Positions 55,400-64,000 of a DNA stretch of 64,000 bases are shown here, piece after piece. Below the pieces are notes generated by a model. It saw only the letters and a program-made list of their open reading frames with translations, did not search any database and was not told the DNA's origin. Made by a program: the position numbers and the translations under genes. How positions within the stretch are numbered: the stretch's first letter is position 1; each line of letters starts with the position of its first letter. Origin of the DNA: an uncultured Planctomycetia bacterium (GTDB lineage: Bacteria; Planctomycetota; UBA8108; UBA1146); the NCBI GenBank assembly GCA_964422295.1, contig CAYRAM010000001.1, forward strand, positions 135,448-199,447. The letters run 5' to 3'.

Positions 55400-57181
55400 G
55401 TGTTGAGAACACACACCTGCGGTCAGTTGCGAGTCGAAAATGTTGGACAAGAAATCTGTTTGGTCGGTTGGATCGACGCCGTCCGTGACCATGGAGGCCT
55501 GAAGTTCGTCGATCTTCGTGACCGTTATGGAAGGGTGCAGGTGCAGATCTCCCCTGAATCCATCGGAGGGAATGCCCTCGAAACTCTTCGATTTGACCAG
55601 GTGCTCAGGGTATCCGGTGAGGTGAAGGAGCGCCCGGATGGGATGCGTAACCCCAAATTGGCAACGGGTGACGTCGAGCTGATCGCTGGCAGTGCAGAAG
55701 TGATCGGTGAATGCCCACCGCTGCCTTTCAATCCTGACTCAGGGGACCAAGTCAATGATGAGTTGCGCTTCAAGTACCGATTCATCGACATGCGAAGGGA
55801 TGAGGTCCAGAGAAGATTTCGCCTTCGTAGCGACATGCAGTTTGCCATGCGCCAATTTTTGCACCATCAGCAGTTTATCGATCTCGAAACGCCGATGTTG
55901 ACCAAGAGCACTCCCGAGGGGGCACGGGATTTTCTCGTACCGAGTCGCCTTAATCCGGGAGAATTTTATGCTCTTCCACAATCGCCCCAAATCTTCAAAC
56001 AGATCTTCATGATCTCCGGTTTCGACCGCTACATGCAGGTGGTGAGGTGTTTCCGGGATGAAGATCTGCGCGCAGATCGGCAGCCGGAGTTCACTCAACT
56101 CGATCTTGAGATGGCATGCATTGATGAAAACGACATCATCGGTCTCGTTGAAGGGCTAATGCAACACGTGGTTCGCGAAGTCCTGGGCAAGGAAATCCCA
56201 GGGCCCTTCCCTCGTCTGAGCTACGAGGAGGCGACTCTCACCTATGGCAGCGACTCCCCGGACCTGCGTAGCGACTTGAGAATTCAGGATTTTTCTGATT
56301 TAGCGGAGGCGCTGGAATTCAAGGTCTTCAGCGGAGCGGTCGAAGCGGGTGGTTGCGTTCGCGGCTTGAAGATTCCTGGAGGTGGAGGGTGGAGTCGCAA
56401 GGAGATCGAATCCCTTGAGCCGATCGTGACCCAACAAGGTGCGGGAGGATTAGCCTGGTTCAAGATGACCGAAGAGGGCCCGGCGGGGCCTGTATCCCGG
56501 TTCCTTGCCGGAGAAGCCGGAAGCACACTGATCTCTCGTTTGGAGATGGAAACGGGGGATTTGGCCTGCTTTATTGCCGATGCTGAGACACGTGTAGTCG
56601 TCAATTCCCTGGGCCAATTGCGCAAGGAGTTGGCCCTGCGCCTCGGGCATATTGACCCCGAAGATCTTCAGTTTTGTTGGGTAGAGGAATTTCCCCTCTT
56701 TGATGAGGATGAAGAAACGGGTAACCCGACACCCTGTCACCACCCGTTTACCTGTCCTCACCCCGACGATATTGATCACCTGGACAACCGTCCTCTGGAA
56801 GTTCGAGCTCGAGCCTACGACCTGGTCCTGAATGGCTTTGAGGTTGCAGGCGGAAGTATCCGTATTCACCAGAGAGAACTCCAGGAGCGGGTCTTTGCGG
56901 CGATCGGCATTTCACCAGAGGAGGCGGAATCCAAGTTCAGTTTTCTGCTGGAAGCACTCAAGTACGGTGCACCACCCCATGGCGGCATCGCCTTTGGCCT
57001 CGATCGCCTGGCGATGCTCCTCTGTGGACTCGACACGATTCGTGAGGTCATCGCCTTCCCGAAGACCCAAAAGGGGACATGCCAATTGACGGATGCTCCT
57101 GACGCAGTCGGTGCGGAGCAGTTAGCGGAGGTGGGGTTGCAGGAGGCCCCACGGGAGTCCTCGAAAGACGAAGGAAATTGA
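55400..57181 (+). CDS. aspS: Aspartyl-tRNA synthetase
   Basis: 'LRTHTCGQL...GQEICLVGWI...RDHGGLKFVDLRDRYG', 'FRDEDLRADRQPEFTQLDLEMA', 'GGSIRIH' and 'GAPPHGGIAFGLDRLAML' are present. Confidence 0.95.
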   Translation: MLRTHTCGQLRVENVGQEICLVGWIDAVRDHGGLKFVDLRDRYGRVQVQISPESIGGNALETLRFDQVLRVSGEVKERPDGMRNPKLATGDVELIAGSAEVIGECPPLPFNPDSGDQVNDELRFKYRFIDMRRDEVQRRFRLRSDMQFAMRQFLHHQQFIDLETPMLTKSTPEGARDFLVPSRLNPGEFYALPQSPQIFKQIFMISGFDRYMQVVRCFRDEDLRADRQPEFTQLDLEMACIDENDIIGLVEGLMQHVVREVLGKEIPGPFPRLSYEEATLTYGSDSPDLRSDLRIQDFSDLAEALEFKVFSGAVEAGGCVRGLKIPGGGGWSRKEIESLEPIVTQQGAGGLAWFKMTEEGPAGPVSRFLAGEAGSTLISRLEMETGDLACFIADAETRVVVNSLGQLRKELALRLGHIDPEDLQFCWVEEFPLFDEDEETGNPTPCHHPFTCPHPDDIDHLDNRPLEVRARAYDLVLNGFEVAGGSIRIHQRELQERVFAAIGISPEEAESKFSFLLEALKYGAPPHGGIAFGLDRLAMLLCGLDTIREVIAFPKTQKGTCQLTDAPDAVGAEQLAEVGLQEAPRESSKDEGN

Positions 57182-57433
57182 GGATTTCAGGGGTCCTGCT
57201 GAGGGATCTGGCGCTGTTGTGATTACGGGACTCTACGGGGACCTCTTCTGAGTGAAATTCGTTGTTTTTCGGTAGATTACTGCGAGAATTCACAGATCTG
57301 ACTTGCCAGAAGGGTGCCTGACGGTGTATTCATCAGGGCTTGCCAATGGCAAGTTTTTTGATTGACCAATGGTTCCACCGATTTGGGAATGAAGTCCTGA
57401 AAACGGTGACCGGAAAGAACGGGAGTCAGAGAC

Positions 57434-57943
57434 ATCAGCGAGCAAACGAAATACAGGGTCATCGATCGTCCCGGGCCTGGAGAGGTTCGACTGATCGATG
57501 AAGAAGGAAATCAGGTCGGTGTACTTGGGCGTACGGAGGCCCTCGATCTGGCCGTAGACAGAGATCTTGATCTCGTCGAATTGAACCCAAATGTAGATCC
57601 TCCGCTTTGCAAGTTGATGGACTTCGGTAAGTTTAAGTACGACCAGTCGAAAAATGCCAAGCAAACTCAAAAGGTTCGCAAGATCAAAGAAATCAAATTG
57701 CGCCCGAAAACAGAAAAGCATGATTTCGATGTGAAGTTGAAACGGGCGCGAAAGTTCATTGAAGAGGGCCACAAGGTTCTCGTGACCATGGTTTACAGGG
57801 GGCGAGAACAGCGTCACCCGGAAATTGGTCGTGAAGTGCTGATGCGCTTTTTCGATGATATGGAGGACCTGGCCAAGATGGAGCGAGAGCCGCTACAGGA
57901 AGCTCGCAACCGAATGGCCATGGTTTTGGCTAAGAAAAAGTGA
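57434..57943 (+). CDS. infC: Translation initiation factor IF-3 (start codon uncertain, probably non-AUG)
   Basis: The frame is open from the stop at 57407-09. 'EVRLIDEEGNQVGVLGRTEALDLAVDRDLDLVELNPNVDPPLCKLMDFGKFKYDQ' is the IF-3 N-domain. 'HDFDVKLKRARKFIEEGHKVLVTMVYRGRE' is the C-domain. There is no in-frame ATG/GTG before the N-domain, so the candidate start is ATC 57434 (ATH-type starts are classic for infC). Confidence 0.75.
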   Translation: MSEQTKYRVIDRPGPGEVRLIDEEGNQVGVLGRTEALDLAVDRDLDLVELNPNVDPPLCKLMDFGKFKYDQSKNAKQTQKVRKIKEIKLRPKTEKHDFDVKLKRARKFIEEGHKVLVTMVYRGREQRHPEIGREVLMRFFDDMEDLAKMEREPLQEARNRMAMVLAKKK

Positions 57944-57991
57944 AATTGATACGCCGCCCTGCATGCAGGGAGGCTCAGGAAAAGGGGACTC

Positions 57992-58201
57992 GTGCCCAGG
58001 AAGACTCACAAACCTCACAAGGGGCTGCAAAAGCGTGTCAAACTGACCGCCACTGGCAAGGTCAAGAGACACAGAGCTGGAAAAAGCCACCGAATGTCTC
58101 GGCGAACCTGGACCGCCACCCGTGTTCGACGAGGTCGTCGTGCGGAGATTTGTCCGGAATGTGATGCAAAAATCATCAAGGCTCTCCTAGGCGTAGGCTA
58201 G
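57992..58201 (+). CDS. rpmI: 50S ribosomal protein L35
   Basis: 'MPRKTHKPHKGLQKRVKLTATGKVKRHRAGKSHR' matches the L35 pattern (MPK.KT....KR.K.T.TGK..R). Confidence 0.85.
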   Translation: MPRKTHKPHKGLQKRVKLTATGKVKRHRAGKSHRMSRRTWTATRVRRGRRAEICPECDAKIIKALLGVG

Positions 58202-58298
58202 GAGAATGTAAGCGCCTTCCCGGCGTAGCAACCGGCGACTGCGGGGATTGAAGTGAGTTGATTCTCCTCCCGACAGTGCCTTTTGGAAAGGGAACCAC

Positions 58299-58655
58299 AT
58301 GCCACGCGTACGCTATGGCGTCGCTCGCCACCGCAAACAGAAGCGGATCCTTAAAAAAGCCAAGGGTTTTTTCGGAGCTGGCAGTCGCCAGTACAGAACT
58401 GCCCGTCAATCCATCATTCGTTCTGAAGTCTTTGCAACTCGTGATCGAAGGAACAGAAAGCGAATGTATCGTCGACTGTGGATCACCCGGATTTCCGCTG
58501 CTTGCCAGGGAACCGGAATCTCATACAGTCGGTTTATCCATGGTTTGAAGAGGGCCAATGTGGATCTGGATCGAAAAATGATCTCCGAATTGGCAATTCG
58601 TAATCCAGAGGCGTTTACTTCACTTGTGGGAGTCGCCAGAGGCGCCCTGTCATGA
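58299..58655 (+). CDS. rplT: 50S ribosomal protein L20
   Basis: 'MPRVRYGVARHRKQKRILKKAKGFFGA.SR.YR.A.Q......FA.RDRRNRKR.YRRLWI.RI.AA....GISYS.FI.GLK.A.V.LDRK' is strong L20 identity. Confidence 0.95.
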   Translation: MPRVRYGVARHRKQKRILKKAKGFFGAGSRQYRTARQSIIRSEVFATRDRRNRKRMYRRLWITRISAACQGTGISYSRFIHGLKRANVDLDRKMISELAIRNPEAFTSLVGVARGALS

Positions 58656-59656
58656 GTCAAAACGGGTCCTTTTCGGATCTGGATGCCATCGAGATAGATG
58701 CTCTTGCGGCAATCGAAGCTGCAGGAGACGCGGCCGCACTTGACCAAGTCAGGATTCAGGTCCTCGGCAAAAAGGGATCTCTCAAGCAGATATTACGAAA
58801 TCTGGGTGGATTGACACCCGATGAACGGCCACTTTTCGGTGCTCGTGCAAACGTCGTAAAGGATAAGGTCCAGCAAGCACTCGAGACGGCCCGAGAAAAA
58901 TTGGGATCCCCCAAAGGTGCAAATGTCAGTGCGGATACGGGAGCGGACCTGACTCTTCCTGGATTGCAACCGGAAGTTGGCAGCCGCCATCCTGTGAGCC
59001 TGGTTTCTGCCCGCATGATTCGCATCTTCGCCAGCCTCGGATTCGAGGTCGCAGATGGTCCCGAAGTCGAAGATGAATGGCACAACTTCACGGGTCTCAA
59101 TATTCCCGCAGACCACATCGCCCGGGATCCCGCAGAAAACTTTTATCTTGAGGATGATCTGCTGATGCGCAGTCAAACCTCAACGGTACAGGTTCGCGTG
59201 ATGGAAAACACACCTCCACCCCTGCGGATTATTGCTCCAGGAAAGGTCTTTCGGCCTGACACGGTGGATGCCACTCATTCCTACATGTTCCATCAATTGG
59301 AAGGGCTCGTTGTCGATGAGGGCATCGCATTCGGCCATTTGAAATCGACATTGCTGACCTTCTTTCAGCAATTGTTGCAGGATGAAAACATGAAACTTCG
59401 ATTACGTCCGTCCTTTTTCCCATTCACTGAACCGAGTGCTGAAGTCGATCTGCATTGGCGCGGTGGTTGGATGGAGATGGGCGGGTGTGGCATGGTGGAT
59501 CCGAATGTGCTTGAAGCTGTTGGAATCGATCCCGAGAAGTACACAGGCTTCGCTTTTGGCCTGGGAATCGAGCGCGTCACGATGGCTTCCTACAACATTC
59601 CGGATATTCGTTACTTCACAGAAAATGACGTCAGGTTCCTCGGTCAGTTTTCCTGA
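58652..59656 (+). CDS. pheS: Phenylalanyl-tRNA synthetase alpha subunit
   Basis: 'FHQLEGLVVDEGI', 'FFPFTEPSAEVD' and 'GCGMVDPNVL' are present. It overlaps rplT by 4 nt. Confidence 0.95.
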   Translation: MSQNGSFSDLDAIEIDALAAIEAAGDAAALDQVRIQVLGKKGSLKQILRNLGGLTPDERPLFGARANVVKDKVQQALETAREKLGSPKGANVSADTGADLTLPGLQPEVGSRHPVSLVSARMIRIFASLGFEVADGPEVEDEWHNFTGLNIPADHIARDPAENFYLEDDLLMRSQTSTVQVRVMENTPPPLRIIAPGKVFRPDTVDATHSYMFHQLEGLVVDEGIAFGHLKSTLLTFFQQLLQDENMKLRLRPSFFPFTEPSAEVDLHWRGGWMEMGGCGMVDPNVLEAVGIDPEKYTGFAFGLGIERVTMASYNIPDIRYFTENDVRFLGQFS

Positions 59657-59692
59657 GGGGGATACCTTTGATGATTTACGCAAAGGGTTGAG

Positions 59693-61756
59693 ATGAAGGT
59701 ATCTGTCGATTGGCTGCGAGATCATGTTGATTTCGATCTGGAGATCAATGATTTGGCCTATCGTTTGACCATGTGTGGCCTCAATTGTGAAGGCATCGAA
59801 GAGCATGGAACGGACCATGTCCTCGAATTGGAAGTGACGTCGAATCGACCAGACCACTTGGGTCATCGTGGCGTCGCCAGAGATCTTGCGTGTCTCTTGG
59901 GGGTTCCTCTCAAACCATTGGCCATCGATTTTGAAACAGTAGACACCAATGCCTCAGGTCTGAGACTGGATGAGTTGGTATCAGTCGTCGTCGACGATGT
60001 AGATCGATGCGGACGGTACACCACCAGAGTCGCAGAAGATCTGAAGGTGACCTCAAGCCCCGATTGGCTGCAACAACGACTTTTGGCGATTGGACTGCGT
60101 CCGATCAACGTGGTCGTCGATCTCACAAATTACGTATTGATGGAATTGGGCCAACCTCTACACGCATTTGATCTCGATCGCCTGGAGGGTTCTGAAGTGC
60201 TCATCCGTCGGGCTTTACGAGCTGAAAAATTTACCGCAATCGATGGTTCCGACCATGAATTGGAGACAGGGGATCTGGTCATCGCAGATCAGAGGGGAGC
60301 AGCCGCTCTCGCTGGTGTTATGGGTGGATCGCGTACGGAGGTTCACCAGGACACGAGCAGGATTCTCCTTGAGTCCGCATGGTTTGAACCGGTTCCGGTT
60401 CGGGAGACATCCCGTCGCATGCTGCTTTCATCCGATTCCTCATATCGTTTCGAACGAAGGGTCGATGTAGAGGCATGTGAACTTGCTTCCAGACGCTTCA
60501 TGCACCTTCTTGCCAAGGAGACGGGGTGCACCATTCTCAGTGGTTGTCTTGAAGTGGTTCGCGACGGTCTGCTGGAGATTCCTGCTGCAGTTGCGATCCG
60601 GCCTGACAGGGCTTCCAGCATTCTCGGGGATCAGATCCCTGAAGGCGAGATTCGCACGATTCTGGAAGCACTCGGTTTCACATCTGAATCGGATTCCGGA
60701 GATGAGGGACCTTGGGTCGCTCCCTCTTGGCGGGTGGATTGTGGCCGGGAAGCAGATCTAATCGAGGAGATCGGCCGAATTCGTGGACTCGATCAGATGG
60801 ACGATCGACGCATGGAGGTTCGCGCTGTCCCTGAGGATCCTCGCGCAGGTCGGGTCGAGCGGGTCCATGAGTATCTCGTCGGAACAGGCCACCACGAATC
60901 GATGACATTCTCGTTTGGCGTCGCCGAGAGTGAATTTCAAGCTTTGGAGAACTGGTGGAATCTTGGTACGCCATGGGTGGTGAGAAACCCGGTTCGTTCC
61001 AACGAAGGGACTCTGAGAAGAAGTTTGGTGCCCGGACTCTTGAATAGTGTTCGCGGAAATCGCCTGCACGGCGTCGATGAAGTGCGTCTCTTTGAAGTCG
61101 GAACGGTCTTCCATCGCAAAGAGGGATTGGATCGACCTGCGGAAAAACTTCATGTGGCGTGGATCCATAGTCAGGCGCAACCGGAGAAGGGTACTGGGCC
61201 ATACCGGGAGGCCAGGGGGATCGCAGACGGGATTCTCAGCCTGCTCAGAGTCGGTGAGTCGGGACCCTTGTCCCCATCTTGGTCACCTGTAGGAGAGACG
61301 GGTGGGTTCGTAACCGGGACTACAGCGGCTCTCAGTTTCTCCAGCGATCAGATTGGCCTCGTCGGCTCTGTAATTCTGGAAGGGGTGCCGGGAGAAACCT
61401 GGTATGGAGAGTTGGATCTGGGATACCTCCTCGATCATGCGCGTCAGGAAGTAAGGTTTAGTGACTTCTCCAGACATCCGGTGATTACCCGTGACTTGAA
61501 CTTCGTTGTTTCGGAAGAAGTGCTCTGGAGAGATCTCTCTTCTGAGATTGAGGCTGCGAGTCTTGAAAATCTTGAATCAAGCAACTTTATCGACATGTAT
61601 CGCGGCAAGCAGGTGGGAGAGGGGCGAAAAAGCGTTACCTTTTCACTGATTTTCCGTGCTGCGGACCGGACATTGACCCATGAAGAGGTGGATGAATCGG
61701 TCAATGGTCTCGTCAGTCGATTGGGAGATCGATTACAGGCGGAACTCCGCCGTTAG
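59693..61756 (+). CDS. pheT: Phenylalanyl-tRNA synthetase beta subunit (short form lacking the N-terminal EMAP-like tRNA-binding domain)
   Basis: 'MKVSVDWLRDHV...TMCGLNCEGIE' runs directly into 'LELEVTSNRPDHLGHRGVARD'. This skips ~110 aa relative to the E. coli PheT B2 domain. The B3/4, B5 and FDX-ACB-like regions are present. Confidence 0.9.
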   Translation: MKVSVDWLRDHVDFDLEINDLAYRLTMCGLNCEGIEEHGTDHVLELEVTSNRPDHLGHRGVARDLACLLGVPLKPLAIDFETVDTNASGLRLDELVSVVVDDVDRCGRYTTRVAEDLKVTSSPDWLQQRLLAIGLRPINVVVDLTNYVLMELGQPLHAFDLDRLEGSEVLIRRALRAEKFTAIDGSDHELETGDLVIADQRGAAALAGVMGGSRTEVHQDTSRILLESAWFEPVPVRETSRRMLLSSDSSYRFERRVDVEACELASRRFMHLLAKETGCTILSGCLEVVRDGLLEIPAAVAIRPDRASSILGDQIPEGEIRTILEALGFTSESDSGDEGPWVAPSWRVDCGREADLIEEIGRIRGLDQMDDRRMEVRAVPEDPRAGRVERVHEYLVGTGHHESMTFSFGVAESEFQALENWWNLGTPWVVRNPVRSNEGTLRRSLVPGLLNSVRGNRLHGVDEVRLFEVGTVFHRKEGLDRPAEKLHVAWIHSQAQPEKGTGPYREARGIADGILSLLRVGESGPLSPSWSPVGETGGFVTGTTAALSFSSDQIGLVGSVILEGVPGETWYGELDLGYLLDHARQEVRFSDFSRHPVITRDLNFVVSEEVLWRDLSSEIEAASLENLESSNFIDMYRGKQVGEGRKSVTFSLIFRAADRTLTHEEVDESVNGLVSRLGDRLQAELRR

Positions 61757-61804
61757 AAGCGGTCAAATCCCTATTACTCACAAAACTCTTCCGTGAATCA
61801 AAGA

Positions 61805-63037
61805 CTATTCCTGAATAGTGACCTTTGTACCTTTGAGCACCCATGGGTAGAGCGTGATGACATCCGTATTTCTGAGACGGACACAACCCTCAGAACAAAG
61901 GGTTCCAATCGAATCAGGATCATCGGTGCCGTGAATCCCAAGCCCGAAACTTGCACCATCGACGAAACCAATCCAGCGTTCACCGAGTGGATTTCCTTCG
62001 CCGCCGTATGCGATGGGCGCACGTCCATCACGCGGTTGCCACATCGGCTGCTTTTGACACACACCAATAGTGTAATCCCCTGCGGGAGTGGGTTTTTCAA
62101 TACGTCCATGGCCGATGGGGAATCCCATTAGCCAGCGGTTCCCCAGATACACATCGAGTCGAAAGTCGCTCTTGTCCACCTCGATCCGGACCTTTCCACT
62201 CAACACCTTGAGTTTTTGTCCAGGATGGATCACGTGCGACTTCAGTTGATTGAGATGCATCAATGCATCCACCGATGTCTTGTTCCGCTGGGCGATCACA
62301 GAAAGACTGTCTCCTGAAACAACAGTGTCAAAGGTGCAAACTTCAGGGAAAGGCTTGCTGGAAAACACCCAGCGATCGACCAGGGTCCACAATTTTGCAC
62401 GAATCAGGGCTTTGGTTTCCAGATCTTTAGCGCCTAGGTAGGCTTCTGTCAGCAGATCCCAGGATTGGAGTGCCGCACCGGAGTCTGCAATGCCGACCTG
62501 GTCCGCACAGACCTCCGCTGCGAGACCGAAGCCGGGGGAGCCCGGTCCACGTTGAAAGATCTCATGAGCGAGGGCGTTCAACTCATTGCCGGTGACTTCT
62601 CCGAGAAGAAGGTATCGTGCTTCGCCCGCAACAGTGCTTTCAGGGGCGGTCGTCACGATGGATTTGAGGTTCGATCGAGCTTCACCAATCGCAGCAGGAT
62701 CGTTTGTTTCGAGGAGGAGTGCACTGAGTCTGAGCCTATTTCCCATCGAATTGTTTCTGGCGATCTCTTCCCGAACGATGAGGATTTCATTGTCCAGGTC
62801 ACTCAGCGGTTGCTCCACTGGATCTTCCACGGGAGGCTGCATTGCCGCATCCGCCGATTTGGAGCGGTCATCCGGGAACTCCGGCTCGTAGGCAGGATCA
62901 CGATCGGTTACCGAAGACTCTTCTGCTGGATACTCAGGTGTTACAGACGTGGATGTCCACAAAGTGTATGCCCAATAAACACCACCACCGATAATCAATA
63001 ATAGAATCAGGTTTCTCATTTTTCCCCCAGAGTTCAT
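61805..63037 (-). CDS. LysM + L,D-transpeptidase (YkuD) domain protein, N-terminal TM anchor
   Basis: The LysM domain is 'FDTVVSGDSLSVIAQRNKTSVDALMHLNQL...HPGQKLKV'. The YkuD catalytic region is 'GIHGTDDPDSIGTLCSEGCVRL'. Confidence 0.8.
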   Translation of the reverse strand: MNSGGKMRNLILLLIIGGGVYWAYTLWTSTSVTPEYPAEESSVTDRDPAYEPEFPDDRSKSADAAMQPPVEDPVEQPLSDLDNEILIVREEIARNNSMGNRLRLSALLLETNDPAAIGEARSNLKSIVTTAPESTVAGEARYLLLGEVTGNELNALAHEIFQRGPGSPGFGLAAEVCADQVGIADSGAALQSWDLLTEAYLGAKDLETKALIRAKLWTLVDRWVFSSKPFPEVCTFDTVVSGDSLSVIAQRNKTSVDALMHLNQLKSHVIHPGQKLKVLSGKVRIEVDKSDFRLDVYLGNRWLMGFPIGHGRIEKPTPAGDYTIGVCQKQPMWQPRDGRAPIAYGGEGNPLGERWIGFVDGASFGLGIHGTDDPDSIGTLCSEGCVRLRNTDVITLYPWVLKGTKVTIQE

Positions 63038-63095
63038 CGTTGCCGTTTCGTATTCTAAAACTCCCCACTCGCGGAAGCCATAGGGAGAAGTGGGC

Positions 63096-64000
63096 TCAGC
63101 CGAGAATCGCCTTTACGGAGATCCGTGATAAATCCACGAGCCAGTCAGGGAAAAGGCCAACCGCAATCGTCGCAATTCCGCAAACCCCAACCGTAAATTG
63201 GACTCCCCATGGAGCAGGAATCAGGTCGAATGAAGATCTCGGATCCCTGAACCACATCGCCACGATCGGCTTGAGGTAGTAATAGACGCTCACCAGCGAA
63301 GTGAGGATGCCGACGACAGCCAATTGCACAAATCCCGCCCCGATCGCGTCCTTGAAGATCATTAACTTGCCGATAAATCCAGCGGTCATTGGGACACCCG
63401 CCAGGGAGATCAAAGAGATGGTGAATCCGAGGGCAAGCAGGGGCTTGTTCTTGGCGAGGCCATTCAATTCCCCGAGGTTATCTTTGTCCGTAGCACTACT
63501 CAGGGCAGTCAGTACTCCGAATGCCGCCAGGGTTGTCGCTGCATAAGCGCAGAGATAAAAGGGGAGACTCGCACCGATGGCCAAATCGTCCCCTGAAAGC
63601 GCAACGATGAGAGGAATCATCAAATACCCGCTGTGGGCGATGCCCGAGTATGCAAGCATTCTCTTGAGACTTTGCTGATTTAAGGCAGCAAGATTTCCAA
63701 GAATCATCGTCACGATGGAAAGTGCGATCAGGATTTGATCCAGATATTCTCCGCCACCGGTGTGAAAGAGGAAGCGGCAGAGTGCAAAGAAACTGGATGC
63801 CTTTACTGCCACCGCCATCCAACCGACAGCAAGTGTGGGTGATCCCTGATAGACGTCCGGCACCCAAGAATGGAAGGGTACGAGCCCGACCTTGAATGCG
63901 AATCCAATGAGAACCATGAGGACGCCTACCGCAAAGAGAACATCATTACTTGCATCTGCAGCGGCGATACCTGAGAGGGACAACTCACCCCCGCTGAGAC
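63096..64000 (-). CDS. nuoN: NADH-quinone oxidoreductase subunit N (NuoN/ND2 family), 5' end beyond window
   Basis: 'GLVPFHSWVPDVYQGSPTLAVGWMAVAVKASSF' and 'LKRMLAYSGIAHSGYLMIPL' match the NuoN/ND2 pattern. The ORF is still open at the window edge. Confidence 0.75.
   Translation of the reverse strand, partial: LSGGELSLSGIAAADASNDVLFAVGVLMVLIGFAFKVGLVPFHSWVPDVYQGSPTLAVGWMAVAVKASSFFALCRFLFHTGGGEYLDQILIALSIVTMILGNLAALNQQSLKRMLAYSGIAHSGYLMIPLIVALSGDDLAIGASLPFYLCAYAATTLAAFGVLTALSSATDKDNLGELNGLAKNKPLLALGFTISLISLAGVPMTAGFIGKLMIFKDAIGAGFVQLAVVGILTSLVSVYYYLKPIVAMWFRDPRSSFDLIPAPWGVQFTVGVCGIATIAVGLFPDWLVDLSRISVKAILG

Noticed and set aside
57290-57817. 175-aa minus-strand ORF
   Set aside because: It overlaps infC, whose IF-3 N- and C-domains are clearly encoded on the + strand.

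Overview
This is a GC-rich (~57%) chromosomal window. Its gene content looks like a Planctomycetota-type genome: very long TPR, secretin and ankyrin proteins, many lipobox signal peptides, and abundant long antisense 'shadow' ORFs.

Housekeeping genes in the window:
- MiaB/RimO-family 3' end at the left edge, and a family-4 uracil-DNA glycosylase.
- rplM-rpsI.
- aspS.
- infC-rpmI-rplT-pheS-pheT.
- rlmN.
- dprA.
- A 5'-truncated nuoN at the right edge.
- tRNA-Leu(CAA) and tRNA-Ala(GGC).

Envelope and accessory modules interleaved with them:
- (i) A ~15-kb co-directional locus (2.3-17.6 kb), the main candidate for a novel system. It encodes a PilM-PilN fusion, a PilO-like protein, a membrane-anchored periplasmic protein, two paralogous TPR+STN+secretin fusion proteins and two large secreted TPR proteins. 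It also encodes an ExbB-ExbD-ExbD proton-motive-force motor. No assembly ATPase, pilin or prepilin peptidase is present.
- (ii) A glycosylation module: HAD hydrolase, GT2 (DPM1/ArnC-like), GT4, a TMTC-like GT-C+TPR protein, and a membrane-anchored spermidine-synthase-like protein.
- (iii) An nfeD-nfeD-floA (flotillin) operon plus a Pro-rich membrane protein.
- (iv) A LeuRS paralogue whose HIGH, KMSKS and editing motifs are all degenerate, divergent from tRNA-Ala.
- (v) A secreted pentaheme cytochrome c with dockerin repeats, a 772-aa ankyrin-repeat lipoprotein and a 1210-aa Ser/Thr kinase.

Several short tandem repeats sit exactly on gene boundaries. No IS element, prophage or CRISPR array was recognised.
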